In this document: positions 62,201 through 63,535 of the stretch, piece after piece
Numbering within the stretch: the first letter of the stretch is position 1
How the letters are laid out: each line of letters opens with the position of its first letter
Source: Carcharhinus longimanus
Lineage: Eukaryota
Direction of reading: 5' to 3'
DNA: 63,535 bases
NCBI GenBank assembly: GCA_030264375.1
Contig: JASCQW010000105.1
Location: forward strand, 46,368,358-46,431,892
The notes under the pieces: model-generated
What the model saw: the letters and a program-made list of their open reading frames with translations, nothing else
Databases searched by the model: none
What the model was told of the DNA's origin: nothing
Position numbers and translations under genes: made by a program

Positions 62201-63394
62201 TACCTTTCATAATTAGGATGGATTTTAAAGAGGTTTCTGAATTAAGGGTTTTCCACCGATTGCCAGTTTGGTGGACTCCCACAGTAATGGCATTCACAAT
62301 CCCAGATTTGATTTTTTTTCCCCCATGATGGCCTTCTGCACTGACTAGTGTGACTAGTTAAGAGTCTTTCCTGCTTTAGTGTGATTTGTTCGGGTCTTAG
62401 AAGCATTGAATCCTGGCTTTTGCCAGGATTTTCAATCTATCCAAGTTAGAATCATTTTTTTCTCTTCTGTTGTTCGAAGCAAGTTGAGGTCCCTTGTGTT
62501 CAGACATTAACTTGAGAACTGGGTTTCTCAGATTGCGATTTAAACGACAATTTCTGACCACTGCAGTTAGTTTCTTTTCAGGACTTGTCCAGGAATTTTA
62601 AACAGTTAGCTTATCCTGGTTGTATCTGCACACTCTGCATCTTGGGCTTCCATAGGAATCAGTAAAGGCTTCAGCTGCAGCTTGGGACACAACTTCTGCC
62701 TTCAGTTTCAAAGCCTCTCTTTGGAGCTTTTCTCTGGTGATTCCCTTCTGTGCCTTCACTTCTTATGCTGTTCTTCAGAAAATGTATTTTGCTTTTTCCT
62801 TCAGTTTTCCAGCATTTTATATTTCTTCCGCAGACTCAGAGGTTTTGAGTTACTTTGTTTGCTGACACCATGCTTTAATTGTTGGGTGGTGATCAATAGG
62901 TCTTATTTAGTTTTCATAGTCATAGGTAGTTCAAAAGCATTTATTAACCATTAAAAAATGTATGCATAGGTATAGTCAAAGTTCAAAGTAGGAGCGTTTT
63001 CACATTTGATTCTACTCTCAGCTCTTTATAACACAACACTGGTCCTAGATGTGGGTCACGTATTCTCTTGTTATCACTGTGGTGCTGTACTCTGCCCCAC
63101 ATTAAACCTTGATGCACCAGACTCTTGCATTACGCTAGCCTTGTCAGCAACACCCACATTCCATGAAAGAATAAATTAAAGAAAAATATTCAAAGACTTC
63201 AGGAGTTTAACAGACACATTTCCTTCCATAGTGAGTAAGTAATCTGTTCTTGTTTATTTCTGCAACACTAATGAACAATGATAGATTAATTTTAAGTTTA
63301 TTACCTCCTTTGGGTTTTGATGCATCTGCCTTTCATTTGTCAAACAGTACTCTGTGGTTGAAAACATTTTAACTTGGATTTTTAACTTGGAAGG

Positions 63395-63535
63395 GTAGGA
63401 GAAACTATGAAGCTGGGCTAGCGCTTAATATAAAAAAGGATAGCAAGAGTTTTTATAGATATATAAAAAGGAAGAGGCTGGCTAGGGTGAACGTTGGTCC
63501 CTTAGAGGATGAGAAGGGGGACTTAGTGGTAGGGG
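63395..63535 (+). mobile_element. CR1 ORF2 fragment running off the window
   Basis: RNYEAGLALNIKKDSKSFYRYIKRKRLARVNVGPLEDEKG. Confidence 0.85.

Noticed and set aside
62220-62880. Purine-rich minus-strand block with CHYCG, considered as a gag zinc knuckle or an exon
   Set aside because: Multiple stops in all frames and an incomplete CCHC motif; left unassigned.

Overview
Repeat-rich, gapped (N-run) eukaryotic genomic DNA, almost certainly from a shark or other elasmobranch, judging by the HE1-type V-SINEs, Deu-domain SINEs and shark-type CR1 and Penelope families. I found no intact, recognisable protein-coding gene, RNA gene, CRISPR array or prokaryotic system. Most of the window is decayed retroelements: CR1 LINEs (one with an esterase ORF1 and an APE/RT ORF2), Rex1/Babar-like LINEs, an RTE fragment, Penelope-like elements and three SINE types. 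It also holds Harbinger-type MITEs and one Myb/SANT remnant. The most notable items are: (i) tiny Penelope-derived insertions flanked by target-site duplications and carrying minimal hammerhead-ribozyme cores (1032-1114, 44740-44899), with related palindromic and inverted Penelope pieces; (ii) a ~100 bp insertion apparently copied from 1 kb downstream; (iii) a non-repeat CpG-rich patch next to a consensus minus-strand splice donor; and (iv) several low-confidence minus-strand exon candidates. Family names come from recognising motifs by eye, not from database searches, and boundaries are approximate unless a TSD is quoted.
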